Source: an uncultured virus (IMG/VR IMGVR_UViG_3300028581_000034)
Taxonomy: Duplodnaviria > Heunggongvirae > Uroviricota > Caudoviricetes
DNA length: 64,000 nt
Direction: 5' to 3' (one strand)
Virus record (IMG/VR): IMGVR_UViG_3300028581_000034
The notes under the pieces: generated by a model
The model's input: only the letters and a program-made list of their open reading frames with translations
Told to the model about the DNA's origin: nothing
Databases searched by the model: none
Translations under genes and position numbers: made by a program
Shown: positions 31,065 through 40,440 of the stretch, one piece after another
Position numbering within the stretch: position 1 is the first letter of the stretch
Layout: each line of letters begins with the position of its first letter

Positions 31065-31931
31065 CTAAAATGGCAAATCTTCATCGGGTGTTGAATCAGC
31101 CTGAGGGTCCGTGTACGTTTTGTTTGCTGTGGTACTTGTCATACCACCGCCGTATGATTCAGTGGAAGCCTCTTCATTACCATAGACGTATCCACCTTTA
31201 TCACTATCCCAACGTGGAACTTCACCACGAGCGATTGACTCAAGATATTCAACAGGTTTCTTAGAATAAACATCTAACCATGTCATCTCATTTTCAACCC
31301 ACCCTTTCAATACTTTCATATCTTCATGAATAGGTGCTGCGTCTTCATACATAATAGTTGATACGGTCGTGTATGCCGCTCCTTTAGGAGTCTTTTGCTT
31401 ACTCAATTCAATGATAAGGTCACGTCCTTTTTCAGGGTCGGTGATATCACCTTTGTTTCTCCAAATAGGGATGATTTTATCAAGAATACCTTCATTCTTG
31501 TAGTTATGTTTGAATCTCCAAAACTTCACACCGTCTTCTTCGTGGTCACGGTCAATAACCTTTACAATATAGAATTTACGTGATTTGTACTGTTTAGCCA
31601 ATTCTTTGTCAGATTCTTTACCTGTTGACATAAGTTCTTCATATACTTCGTTCAATGGTGAACGCTCGTTATCATTTTTTCCTGGGTCGTAAAATTTTTG
31701 CCATTTTCCACCTACTTGGATTTCATGGTACCAAGCCTCTTTAAAAGGTGAACTACCATCTATGGTTGGGAGGATTCGGATACGTCGTGTTCCTGAGTTT
31801 GATTTCTCATCAAGAATAAGAGCGAAGTATTTCTTCATTCTTTCTTCTGATGACATACGGTTTTCTCCGCTTGAGCTGTTTTTCTGTGATTGTTCGTACT
31901 GTGCAAGTACTGCGTCTAATGATGTTGTCAT
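31065..31931 (-). CDS. Single-stranded DNA-binding protein (T4 gp32-like)
   Basis: RIRILP...PFKEAWYH, ITDPEKGRDLII and acidic tail DEDLPF; sits in the replication block. Confidence 0.85.
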   Translation of the reverse strand: MTTSLDAVLAQYEQSQKNSSSGENRMSSEERMKKYFALILDEKSNSGTRRIRILPTIDGSSPFKEAWYHEIQVGGKWQKFYDPGKNDNERSPLNEVYEELMSTGKESDKELAKQYKSRKFYIVKVIDRDHEEDGVKFWRFKHNYKNEGILDKIIPIWRNKGDITDPEKGRDLIIELSKQKTPKGAAYTTVSTIMYEDAAPIHEDMKVLKGWVENEMTWLDVYSKKPVEYLESIARGEVPRWDSDKGGYVYGNEEASTESYGGGMTSTTANKTYTDPQADSTPDEDLPF

Positions 31932-31964
31932 AGTTTTTTAGATATTATTTTAGAGTTTAGTTTA

Positions 31965-31993
31965 AAGTTACAAATTTAATTTTAATTAGTCAA
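31965..31993 (-). promoter_or_regulatory. Candidate host-RNAP (early/middle) promoter for the SSB-led replication operon
   Basis: The minus strand reads TTGACT-17 nt-TAACTT and also contains TAAATTTG, which matches the Bacteroidota -7 element TAnnTTTG. It lies just after a terminator. Confidence 0.4.
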
Positions 31994-31995
31994 AT

Positions 31996-32027
31996 AAAAA
32001 AAAAGGTTGTGGGATGTCCACAACCTT
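31996..32027 (-). terminator. Intrinsic terminator ending the hub/late operon
   Basis: AAGGTTGTGG-gatgt-CCACAACCTT 10-bp stem followed by a T-run on the minus strand. Confidence 0.85.
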
Positions 32028-32051
32028 AATATAGTCAAAAATATTAAAAAA

Positions 32052-32687
32052 TCAAAACTTAAATTTAGTTTTTTCTTCCTGAGGTCTGAAAGTTGATTTG
32101 ATTTCTGAAGGATTTACATCCTCAACTTCATCTGATGTTAGAACATATTCGTGTTTACCCGATTTTTCAAAGTCTTCTTTCTTATCATCAAAGAAGTCTG
32201 CCAACTTTTGGGTGAATGGTCCTGAGTCCAAACTTCTCAATTGTAGTTTTTCTTGTGGGGATTTCTCACGATACTTTTCAATTTTAGTTTCAATAGCATT
32301 GAGTTTGTCAACTAATTGGTCCATATCACTTAACTTAGATTGTAAGTTGTCAAGATATCCAAATAGATTACCAAAATACTCTTCTTGTTTTTTTTCAATA
32401 TTTTGTTGAGACTTAACCAATTCTGTTATGTCCAGCTCTTGAGTACCACTACCGTTTTCATCTGATTTACCTTCGTCATCAATTTTTGTGACTTCACTAT
32501 CAGTAGCCACATCAATCTTTTGTGGTGGCATTGATGGGTCTACCGGTGCAGCTTCAGGAGCAACTGCTGGTTCAGCTTCAGGTGTTGGTGGTAAATCTCC
32601 TTCAGGAGGTAATGCCTGTTCGGTAATATATCTATTAATCTTGTGATGTCTCTCAATTTCCTTGAGTATTTTCTTATCTAAATTCAT
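32052..32687 (-). CDS. Hypothetical acidic, Pro-rich / coiled-coil protein
   Basis: 211 aa ORF; ILKEIER...ITEQ leader, Pro/Glu linker, then coiled coil. Confidence 0.7.
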   Translation of the reverse strand: MNLDKKILKEIERHHKINRYITEQALPPEGDLPPTPEAEPAVAPEAAPVDPSMPPQKIDVATDSEVTKIDDEGKSDENGSGTQELDITELVKSQQNIEKKQEEYFGNLFGYLDNLQSKLSDMDQLVDKLNAIETKIEKYREKSPQEKLQLRSLDSGPFTQKLADFFDDKKEDFEKSGKHEYVLTSDEVEDVNPSEIKSTFRPQEEKTKFKF

Positions 32688-32690
32688 CGG

Positions 32691-32915
32691 TTAACCATTT
32701 AATAAGTTTTTTATTCCGTGTTGGGTTTCTACTTTAACTTTACGATTTGCAGTGTGTTGATGACCGGCTCTTTCAATAAGACCATCTTTTTCACGAACAA
32801 CATAACAATCGCCCGTATCAAGGTCACATACTTCTGTGTTACCATCACCAATTGGCTTTGATGAAATTCTGGCTTGTTTACCAAGGTACTGATTTAATCT
32901 ATTATTTAAATCCAT
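32691..32915 (-). CDS. Hypothetical protein
   Basis: 74 aa with CDLDTGDC. TATTTATA upstream at 32932-32939. Confidence 0.65.
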   Translation of the reverse strand: MDLNNRLNQYLGKQARISSKPIGDGNTEVCDLDTGDCYVVREKDGLIERAGHQHTANRKVKVETQHGIKNLLNG

Positions 32916-32957
32916 AGTTTGAGATTTTTATTATAAATATCAACAATATTCAAATTA

Positions 32958-35900
32958 TTAACAATTTGAGCCTATCTGTTTACATTGAACCCCATTGAAG
33001 GAAACTATTTTAGTTCCACTTCCATTCGGATAACAACTACAACAGAAATTATTAAGTATTGAATCCAATATACTTACCGATACAATATCATTGGCTTTGT
33101 ATCCCAAATTAGGACAATCAAGTGGTAAGATACCTAAAGTTGTTGTGAACCTATAAAGTCTTGCTGGTGTTCTAACTGTCGCAACAAAATCAACATAGTA
33201 ATCACCATTTTCGGTTATTCTATCCAAGGCAACGTTCCAACTATTTTGAGACACAAAACTTCCATCCGAGTTGTTTAATAATGTGTTTCCTGATATTTCA
33301 AAATTAGCAACAGGTACAGATTGTATCAAATTATCTTGATTAATAACCAATGTAACAGGGTAACTGTTTACAAGTTGTCCTGAGAATACATTTAACACAC
33401 CTGTCAATCTGTTATCTACTTGTGACACATAATTTACCGACAAGTCATATTGGTTTAATGTTAACGCGTTTGCTAAGATAACATCGTCAGTTGTTATTGG
33501 TGGAAGACTTGATGTACTTGGTGTGGGAGTTGGTGGTATATTACCAGTACCAGGTCCTTGACCTTGAACAAATACAGTTGAAACTGATGGTGTAGGACAC
33601 GGTGGTGTGGCAGTAACAATATTACCAAGGTTTGTTGTTGGGTTTGGTACAGGCCTTGGAGGTAATTGAATTGTTTTAATTGGAGGTGTTACGTTGTTTA
33701 ATAAATCTACCGCCTTAGCATATGAGGCACTTAAAGTAATGTTTTGCGTCTCAGTAACTTGTTTATCATAAGGCCAGTTTTGTAAGTAGTATTGTATCAT
33801 ACCAACACTCTTAATTCTTTGGATACTTGGAAGAATCTTATCTCTCACAAATAAGATATATTTATCAATACTTACAAAACTAACATATGGTAATGTTACA
33901 TTACTATTTTTTTCGGTTGTTGCAGATTGACAAGTATATGTGTTAGTGAAATACTTATCACCCAATGGTCCGTAATCACTTGTCAGAGTAACCTTACCAA
34001 AGTTATAATCGTAACCTTTGAATTTATTTTCAATACCTGATGACATCCAAGAGATTACAAATATACCAAAAACAACTTCAGGTCTTTGTTCAACTTTTAT
34101 AATTTCATTATAGAATTGTTGTGGAGTATAAATAAATGTTTTCCCAGCAACTGATTGGAAACCAAACTCAGCTTCCAAATATGGGAACGATACTTTTGAG
34201 GTACAAGAATTTTGAGCCGCCAATTGATTGTTTGTTTGAACTGTCTGATTGGCATTATTACCTTGTGTTGTTGTTGATGCAGTCTGTAGTGCGTTATCTT
34301 TAGTATTTCTATATTGTTGTAATAACTTAGAAACTAAGTTTGTTTTAATACTTTGAATATAAACATCAATTCTTGGTAATGACATATAACTTTGTCTTAT
34401 ACCTTTAAATGTGGTTTGAAATTGTCCTGGTTGTATTGAGTGTTTTACTTCAGTAATCATGTACGAACCATTAAACATTGGTACGTGTCTCAAATTAAAA
34501 TACATTGTTGGTTGAAGTAACGCATTACCTAACGCAACAACTTCACATTCATAACTCATGTTTTTGTATATGTTATACAGAGAAACATTTTGTGTTGCAG
34601 TACTTCTACCTGTGGCGCTGTTCGCCATCAAATTAATTTGTTGTATTGATTCTGATGTTGCCTTTCCACTATCTTGAGTAATTGCGAAAGAATAAAATAT
34701 ATTTTGATTACGAGTTCCAATATCAACGTTGAATCCTACAACTCTGTTAGACAATGCATAGTCGGTTTTTGTTCCTAAATCCTCATAGAATGGATTAAGT
34801 TGTTCATTTCTCAAATCAAATGAATCACTTCTAAACATATAGTTTTTATTATCTTTCATATCCAAATATGAAGATGGTCTATCCGTATAGAAACAAACAA
34901 GTTTTGGTCCCGATTTTCTAGTGTCTACCGTCATGTAGGTTCCCCACATTTCATTAGCAAACTCTTGTGATGGTTGAACTGTAACAGGTAATGGTGCTGG
35001 CGAGTTTTGTACGTTATAGAAATTAACATACGCAGGAACCGGCATAACCGAAAAATGGTTTTGTGTTAATATTCCACTGATAAATGTGAAGACACTCATC
35101 TTCAAATTCATAAATTCAGGGTCAACCATTTGTTGTAACGCAAAAATATCAATGATAACTTTATCACCAACGTTTCTCGATGCTCTATCTAAGAATAACA
35201 CATCTTCAAATAAAGTTCTTGAATCATCATAACCGGCAATCCACTTATCATTCAAAGCCTTAAACATTTCATATAGTTCAACCTTTGTTTGACTTCCCTC
35301 CCACTGTGATTGAATAATACTTTCAGGAACTTCAGTTACATCCGGTAATCCTGTGTCAGGTTTTTTAATTTTTGTGTCGGTTAAATTTAAAGTATCATTA
35401 AAGAATGTAGTGTGTTCATTAATCCAAGAATTTATTTGTCCTGCAAATTGTTGAATTGTTAATGTATCATCCTCAAGTTTTTGAGTTGTATACATTTTTG
35501 CAAGTGTATTTAACTCGGCAATGTTCTGCGAATTTAATTCAATGTTAGATTCTTCAAAGAATTGGAAAATATAATTACCTATAGTTCCGATATCGGCCTG
35601 TGGTATGGTTGAATTACCAAAATAAATTAAGGCAGTTTCAGTTGTGTTAAGGAAATTTGGTGTTGATAAGGTCAATACCTGATAGGGTTGCCATTGAATT
35701 GGTTCCGTAAGTTGGGGGGCATTTGTTATATGTTGAATATATGATAACCAAACTCTTTTATCATAGTCTGTAGGATTTCCAAGTTTTAAAGCAATATCAT
35801 AATTCATCAAGTTTTGAATTTTTGACATAACCAAACTATATTGGGAATCTACCATATCCAATATCATTTGTTGTCCTGTAGACTTTGGTAATGGTACACT

Positions 35901-38900
35901 CATCAAATCCCTAAATAATAATTGGAAATTTCTGAATTTATCGTTTTGAGTATTTTCAACACCAAACGTTTCAAGTCCAATATTGTTGCTTGAAGCGGTG
36001 ATAAATGTATTTGTGAATTTTGATGATGGTTGTGAGAAGTTTAAAAATTCACTCTCCATCAAGTCCAACACACTTTTTTCAAAAACAGTAAAGACCTCTT
36101 CAAATTCAGCATAGTCATTAGTATTTGAAAATTTAAATGATGACGTACCTAAAGTATTTTTGGTGGTAAAATAACTTTCAAAATTTGGTCTAACAATATC
36201 TGTAGTATCAAAATATCCATAGTTAGGTAAAGACCAAAAAGTTCTAACAGAACCATTAAATATAGAACTATTGTTGTATAAAGGTTCAGTCAACACACCA
36301 ATTGAATTAAAACACTTAAACCTTATTTCATTTTGTTGTGTACCAAATGATGGTAGGATATAATAATTTGTTTGTGGTGTTGTGGCATTTAAAGAACAAC
36401 TATTAATATTTGGATTTGACTCGGGTATTGTATCAGGTATAACAACTGAATAGGTACTAATATCAATTGTTGTTGATAATCCTGTAGTGTCTAAAGTTGT
36501 TGTTGTGATGTTTGAATCCGCCAAGTTTACAACCTTCATACCGTTGTTTATGGCTTGGGTTATTTCACCGTCACTATAATTTGTGAATAGGTTTCTACCA
36601 TTCAAGAAATAATTGAAACTATTAACTGTTTTGGGATAGAAACCTAAATCCATCTCAACAGTTCTTACGTTATTTGCAAAAGTTTCTTTTTGTAATGTAT
36701 AGGAAAAATTACCTACAGTGTATGTTTTACTTGTGTTTGGAGTTCCCGATGTTGGGTCATACTGTCTAGCATAATCAAAATCACCCCAAATTGGACTTAG
36801 AATATCTTGTCTTTGTTGTATTTGAGTTTTGTATCTATGCCAAAGTGAACCATATTTTAATAACCAAACATATGGTAATCTATGAACTGCACCAAACTTT
36901 TTGAACGATGCAAATATGTAATCCAATGAAATTGTTGTACCAGGTTCAACATAACTCTTATATCTTTCTCTGAGTGTTGCTAACGGTAAAGAATTTAAAA
37001 ATAAGTAAGAGGCTTGTTTATAAGGACTTGATTGACCTGTTTGGTCTTGTTCTACACCATACAATATTGAATTAATAAAATATGGAGTGTTCAACATTGA
37101 AGTTGTGGTATCAAATTCTATTTGACTAAAGTCCGTACTATTTGTTGGTGGAGTGTTTGATACAATACCTTCGGTAGGTAACAATAATGTTCTATTACCA
37201 TATAATTGTACCAAACCTGACGATAAATCAGGTGTTTGAGTTTCAATATAATTAAATGATGTTACAGGTCTGATTTGATTATAATCAACAGGGTCTGTAA
37301 AGTTTGTTATTGTTTTAGTTGGATTATAAAATTTATAAGTTCTTGTTGTATTAAATACGTTTTCAGGACCACTTACTAATTGATATCCAACCAAATTACT
37401 TGTATCCCAACTTTCATTTGTATACGGATATAAATCAGTTACCTGAGGTGTGTTAGTAATTGTACTACTCAACATACCCTGTAAGGTTTGTAATTGAGGT
37501 TCGTCTACATAAACTGACAACGATGCCAAAGCACTTAAGTCAGCATTGTTAACACTATTATTTTGAGTACCCACATTGAAAATGTCAATCGGTAAAATAC
37601 CATTAGGGTGCTCAACAGAGTTTCTTAAATAATCTGTAGTGAAATCACCTCTAATATATGTTTGCCATAATCTGCCTTGTCCATCTAAAGATGAATTTCT
37701 TAATACTTCAGGAAAAGTTGTAGGATTTAATGGAGTATTTTTTAGTGTCTGAATCAGATACGGATTACTAACTCCTAAACTTTGAACGATATTTCTAGCT
37801 TCTGTTGTTCCGACAAGATTAATAATATCACTTTTTTCAGGACTGTTAATTAATCTACCAAAGTTTGTATAGTAAGAATATATGGATTGTCTTTCATACA
37901 TCTCATACAAATATTTTATTTGGTTTTTGTTTTGAAACGCTAAATTTGAATATGGAAATAAAATTGCATTTATATTAATTCTACGTGTAAGTGAATTCTC
38001 GTTATCTTGTGGTGGTGTTGAAATAGGTGGTTGATACTTTTGAGTGACACCTTTTAGATATTCCTCCAAAAATTCTACTTCAGGCCATTTGTCATATAGA
38101 TAGCCCTTTGTTAAGTTAACAATAGATGGGTCACCCGGATATGCTAATTCATATTTAGCCTTTTCAGGGTCGGTATTTTCAACAAAAACTTGTGGCCACG
38201 GATATACATCTAATTCAGTATTATCCGCAACTTGTTGATTAACATTTGTACCATACTGAACACTAAATTTGTTATCAGGGTTTGGAGCAGTGATTGATGG
38301 ATTTAAAATAACGTTTCTTCTTACAGGGTCTCTTCTTACATCCCAAGCCTTTGAATGAACGTCATTCATTAATCTGATGAATGCCTCTGTAGATGCCATT
38401 ATAACCGCCAAAACATTTCTAACATTCGGAATGAATCCAATACCAGTTGTTGGTGATGAAATCGTTTTTTGGAGTTTTTCCGAAATTTCCAACTCAATAG
38501 TATTTTGTTTTGTATTGAGTTGTCCTTCCATATCTTTTATCAAACTTTCAAACCTACCGGGTCCATCAAAGGTAAAGAACGGTAATTTCACTTCTTTAAT
38601 ACCTTCTTGTGTAACCTCACCTCTAACACCCCATTTTAATATTTCAGATGCTTGGAATTGAGATATCTGAACCGCAGTTGGGTTTACAATGCCTGTTTGA
38701 GCAATGAAGGTGCGTCTCCAATCAATATCTAATGGTTGAAATATTGTAAACGTGTTGTAAGTTATTTGATTTGTAATTTTATAATTAGCTGTTCCTTTTA
38801 TAGAACCAAAAGTAGCATTTTCATTCAAGGCGGTATTACCTTCAAGAACCAAAGATTTTAATTTACTCTCACCTCTTTTGATAAAACTTATTTCATTTTG

Positions 38901-40127
38901 TTTAAATGTATAAACCCTATTATCAGAATTAATTAAATAATAAGGATTTTGACCCATATATTCCGCAAACCATGAAGTTTTGGAACCTCTTACTTTTTCA
39001 TAATAACCTAACAACGCCTTTCTATAATCTTCAGCATCAGTTAGTGGTTGTAAATCGGCTTTATCTTTGTAAACATCCAAGATTGTTTGTTCCAACTTCA
39101 TCAATTTATATTGAAGTTGTGCCACAGTATATCTTGGGAAGTCTGCCGGTATTAACTGTTTTGCAACATATTCTGAATATACTTCATTAATTTTTTGTAG
39201 TCCACGAGCATCAATCGTATCAATACTAATTGTTGAGTTTAATTGTGTTGACGATGATATATTCTGTGCAGTATTAGTTACTTGTGTTTCCGAGTTAGCA
39301 TTTAAAGTTGTTTCACCACCAATTGTTTTGGAGAAATTAAATGCCGTTTCATACATGTGTGGAACCGCAACTAAGTGTCCCATCGAAATCTCATTAAGGA
39401 TATTATATTTGTAACCAAAAAACTGAAGGGTAACCAAGTAGTTGCCACTAATAGAGTTAAAGTCCGCACTAAATTTGTGTAAGTTTAATTGATATCTAAT
39501 TGCTTGACCATAATACCCTTTCATCGTTAAATAAAAGACAGGATATGGTAAATTGAAAAATGCAGCGTAAGGTGATTGGTCTCCAAGTTCAAACAAAGCT
39601 CTACCCTGAACATCTTCTAATCTTATCGTTACCTCAGGAATAAACGATAGATTTGTTCTGGCCTCAATACTTGTAATACCCAATAACCCTGGGTCAACAG
39701 TACCCCCTAAATTAGTTTGAAATCTTTGTTTGAAATATTTTTTTCCATCAGTGGTATCCACTAAATCTTCATATCTCTGTAGTCTAGATTTCTTTTCTGT
39801 TGAACCTAAACCTGTTAAATCATCGTAATATCCCGTATTTAGATAGTCTTCATCATTAGGACGAAGAAAATTAATCTTCGCTAGCGATACTGTTCTAATA
39901 TTATCTTGTGGGCTTGAACCCAATGCCAACTTTGTTCTTGGAAGAATTTCAGCTTCAAGATTAGCATACATCACCAAGTTTTCATGGTCAACTAATCTTT
40001 CTTCAACAACTTGTTGCCCATTAGACGCAATACGCCATGTTTTGTTAGGGTCAACTAATATAACATTGTTATATGCAGCCTCAACAAAAATGTTTCCTGA
40101 GTTGTCTGATAAACCATTACCTACCAT
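32958..40127 (-). CDS. Giant baseplate hub protein (gp27 / late control D-like halves with a large insertion)
   Basis: 2389 aa. N-terminal LGITSI...VTIRLEDVQG...FYLTMKGYYG and distal YECEVVALGNALLQPTMYFNL..VPMFNGSYMITEVKHSI..GQFQTTFKG. Directly follows the gp53-like gene. Confidence 0.65.
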   Translation of the reverse strand: MVGNGLSDNSGNIFVEAAYNNVILVDPNKTWRIASNGQQVVEERLVDHENLVMYANLEAEILPRTKLALGSSPQDNIRTVSLAKINFLRPNDEDYLNTGYYDDLTGLGSTEKKSRLQRYEDLVDTTDGKKYFKQRFQTNLGGTVDPGLLGITSIEARTNLSFIPEVTIRLEDVQGRALFELGDQSPYAAFFNLPYPVFYLTMKGYYGQAIRYQLNLHKFSADFNSISGNYLVTLQFFGYKYNILNEISMGHLVAVPHMYETAFNFSKTIGGETTLNANSETQVTNTAQNISSSTQLNSTISIDTIDARGLQKINEVYSEYVAKQLIPADFPRYTVAQLQYKLMKLEQTILDVYKDKADLQPLTDAEDYRKALLGYYEKVRGSKTSWFAEYMGQNPYYLINSDNRVYTFKQNEISFIKRGESKLKSLVLEGNTALNENATFGSIKGTANYKITNQITYNTFTIFQPLDIDWRRTFIAQTGIVNPTAVQISQFQASEILKWGVRGEVTQEGIKEVKLPFFTFDGPGRFESLIKDMEGQLNTKQNTIELEISEKLQKTISSPTTGIGFIPNVRNVLAVIMASTEAFIRLMNDVHSKAWDVRRDPVRRNVILNPSITAPNPDNKFSVQYGTNVNQQVADNTELDVYPWPQVFVENTDPEKAKYELAYPGDPSIVNLTKGYLYDKWPEVEFLEEYLKGVTQKYQPPISTPPQDNENSLTRRININAILFPYSNLAFQNKNQIKYLYEMYERQSIYSYYTNFGRLINSPEKSDIINLVGTTEARNIVQSLGVSNPYLIQTLKNTPLNPTTFPEVLRNSSLDGQGRLWQTYIRGDFTTDYLRNSVEHPNGILPIDIFNVGTQNNSVNNADLSALASLSVYVDEPQLQTLQGMLSSTITNTPQVTDLYPYTNESWDTSNLVGYQLVSGPENVFNTTRTYKFYNPTKTITNFTDPVDYNQIRPVTSFNYIETQTPDLSSGLVQLYGNRTLLLPTEGIVSNTPPTNSTDFSQIEFDTTTSMLNTPYFINSILYGVEQDQTGQSSPYKQASYLFLNSLPLATLRERYKSYVEPGTTISLDYIFASFKKFGAVHRLPYVWLLKYGSLWHRYKTQIQQRQDILSPIWGDFDYARQYDPTSGTPNTSKTYTVGNFSYTLQKETFANNVRTVEMDLGFYPKTVNSFNYFLNGRNLFTNYSDGEITQAINNGMKVVNLADSNITTTTLDTTGLSTTIDISTYSVVIPDTIPESNPNINSCSLNATTPQTNYYILPSFGTQQNEIRFKCFNSIGVLTEPLYNNSSIFNGSVRTFWSLPNYGYFDTTDIVRPNFESYFTTKNTLGTSSFKFSNTNDYAEFEEVFTVFEKSVLDLMESEFLNFSQPSSKFTNTFITASSNNIGLETFGVENTQNDKFRNFQLLFRDLMSVPLPKSTGQQMILDMVDSQYSLVMSKIQNLMNYDIALKLGNPTDYDKRVWLSYIQHITNAPQLTEPIQWQPYQVLTLSTPNFLNTTETALIYFGNSTIPQADIGTIGNYIFQFFEESNIELNSQNIAELNTLAKMYTTQKLEDDTLTIQQFAGQINSWINEHTTFFNDTLNLTDTKIKKPDTGLPDVTEVPESIIQSQWEGSQTKVELYEMFKALNDKWIAGYDDSRTLFEDVLFLDRASRNVGDKVIIDIFALQQMVDPEFMNLKMSVFTFISGILTQNHFSVMPVPAYVNFYNVQNSPAPLPVTVQPSQEFANEMWGTYMTVDTRKSGPKLVCFYTDRPSSYLDMKDNKNYMFRSDSFDLRNEQLNPFYEDLGTKTDYALSNRVVGFNVDIGTRNQNIFYSFAITQDSGKATSESIQQINLMANSATGRSTATQNVSLYNIYKNMSYECEVVALGNALLQPTMYFNLRHVPMFNGSYMITEVKHSIQPGQFQTTFKGIRQSYMSLPRIDVYIQSIKTNLVSKLLQQYRNTKDNALQTASTTTQGNNANQTVQTNNQLAAQNSCTSKVSFPYLEAEFGFQSVAGKTFIYTPQQFYNEIIKVEQRPEVVFGIFVISWMSSGIENKFKGYDYNFGKVTLTSDYGPLGDKYFTNTYTCQSATTEKNSNVTLPYVSFVSIDKYILFVRDKILPSIQRIKSVGMIQYYLQNWPYDKQVTETQNITLSASYAKAVDLLNNVTPPIKTIQLPPRPVPNPTTNLGNIVTATPPCPTPSVSTVFVQGQGPGTGNIPPTPTPSTSSLPPITTDDVILANALTLNQYDLSVNYVSQVDNRLTGVLNVFSGQLVNSYPVTLVINQDNLIQSVPVANFEISGNTLLNNSDGSFVSQNSWNVALDRITENGDYYVDFVATVRTPARLYRFTTTLGILPLDCPNLGYKANDIVSVSILDSILNNFCCSCYPNGSGTKIVSFNGVQCKQIGSNC

Positions 40128-40440
40128 AATAAAAGAAGTGTGCCTCTACAGCCGATTTATAATCTTGTAATGAAGTTACTAAAGGATACGGAATACTCAA
40201 TATAGCACCGTCAAATATATTATTTTCCATACCACTATATTGAGGATTTGCTTGTAATATCAACCAACCGAAGAATGGTGTACCATAATATTCTTGAGAA
40301 ACTTTATCTAATCTACTCACACCAACTTTATAAACATAAACCTTATCTGAAGGTTTTGTAGGTATTGCAACATAAGGAACAACAGTTTGTTCACCATTTA
40401 TGTAAAAAAGATTGTATCTGTTATAATATCCTAACGCCAT
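40117..40440 (-). CDS. Baseplate wedge gp53 / LysM / tail-X-like protein
   Basis: RLDKVSQEYYGTPFFGWLILQANP...GAILSIP. Confidence 0.85.
   Translation of the reverse strand: MALGYYNRYNLFYINGEQTVVPYVAIPTKPSDKVYVYKVGVSRLDKVSQEYYGTPFFGWLILQANPQYSGMENNIFDGAILSIPYPLVTSLQDYKSAVEAHFFYYGR

Noticed and set aside
31034..31264. Plus-strand 76 aa ORF preceded by a perfect T4-type TATAAATA
   Set aside because: Antisense to the SSB gene with no protein-like features; the motif is better explained on the minus strand for the endonuclease gene.
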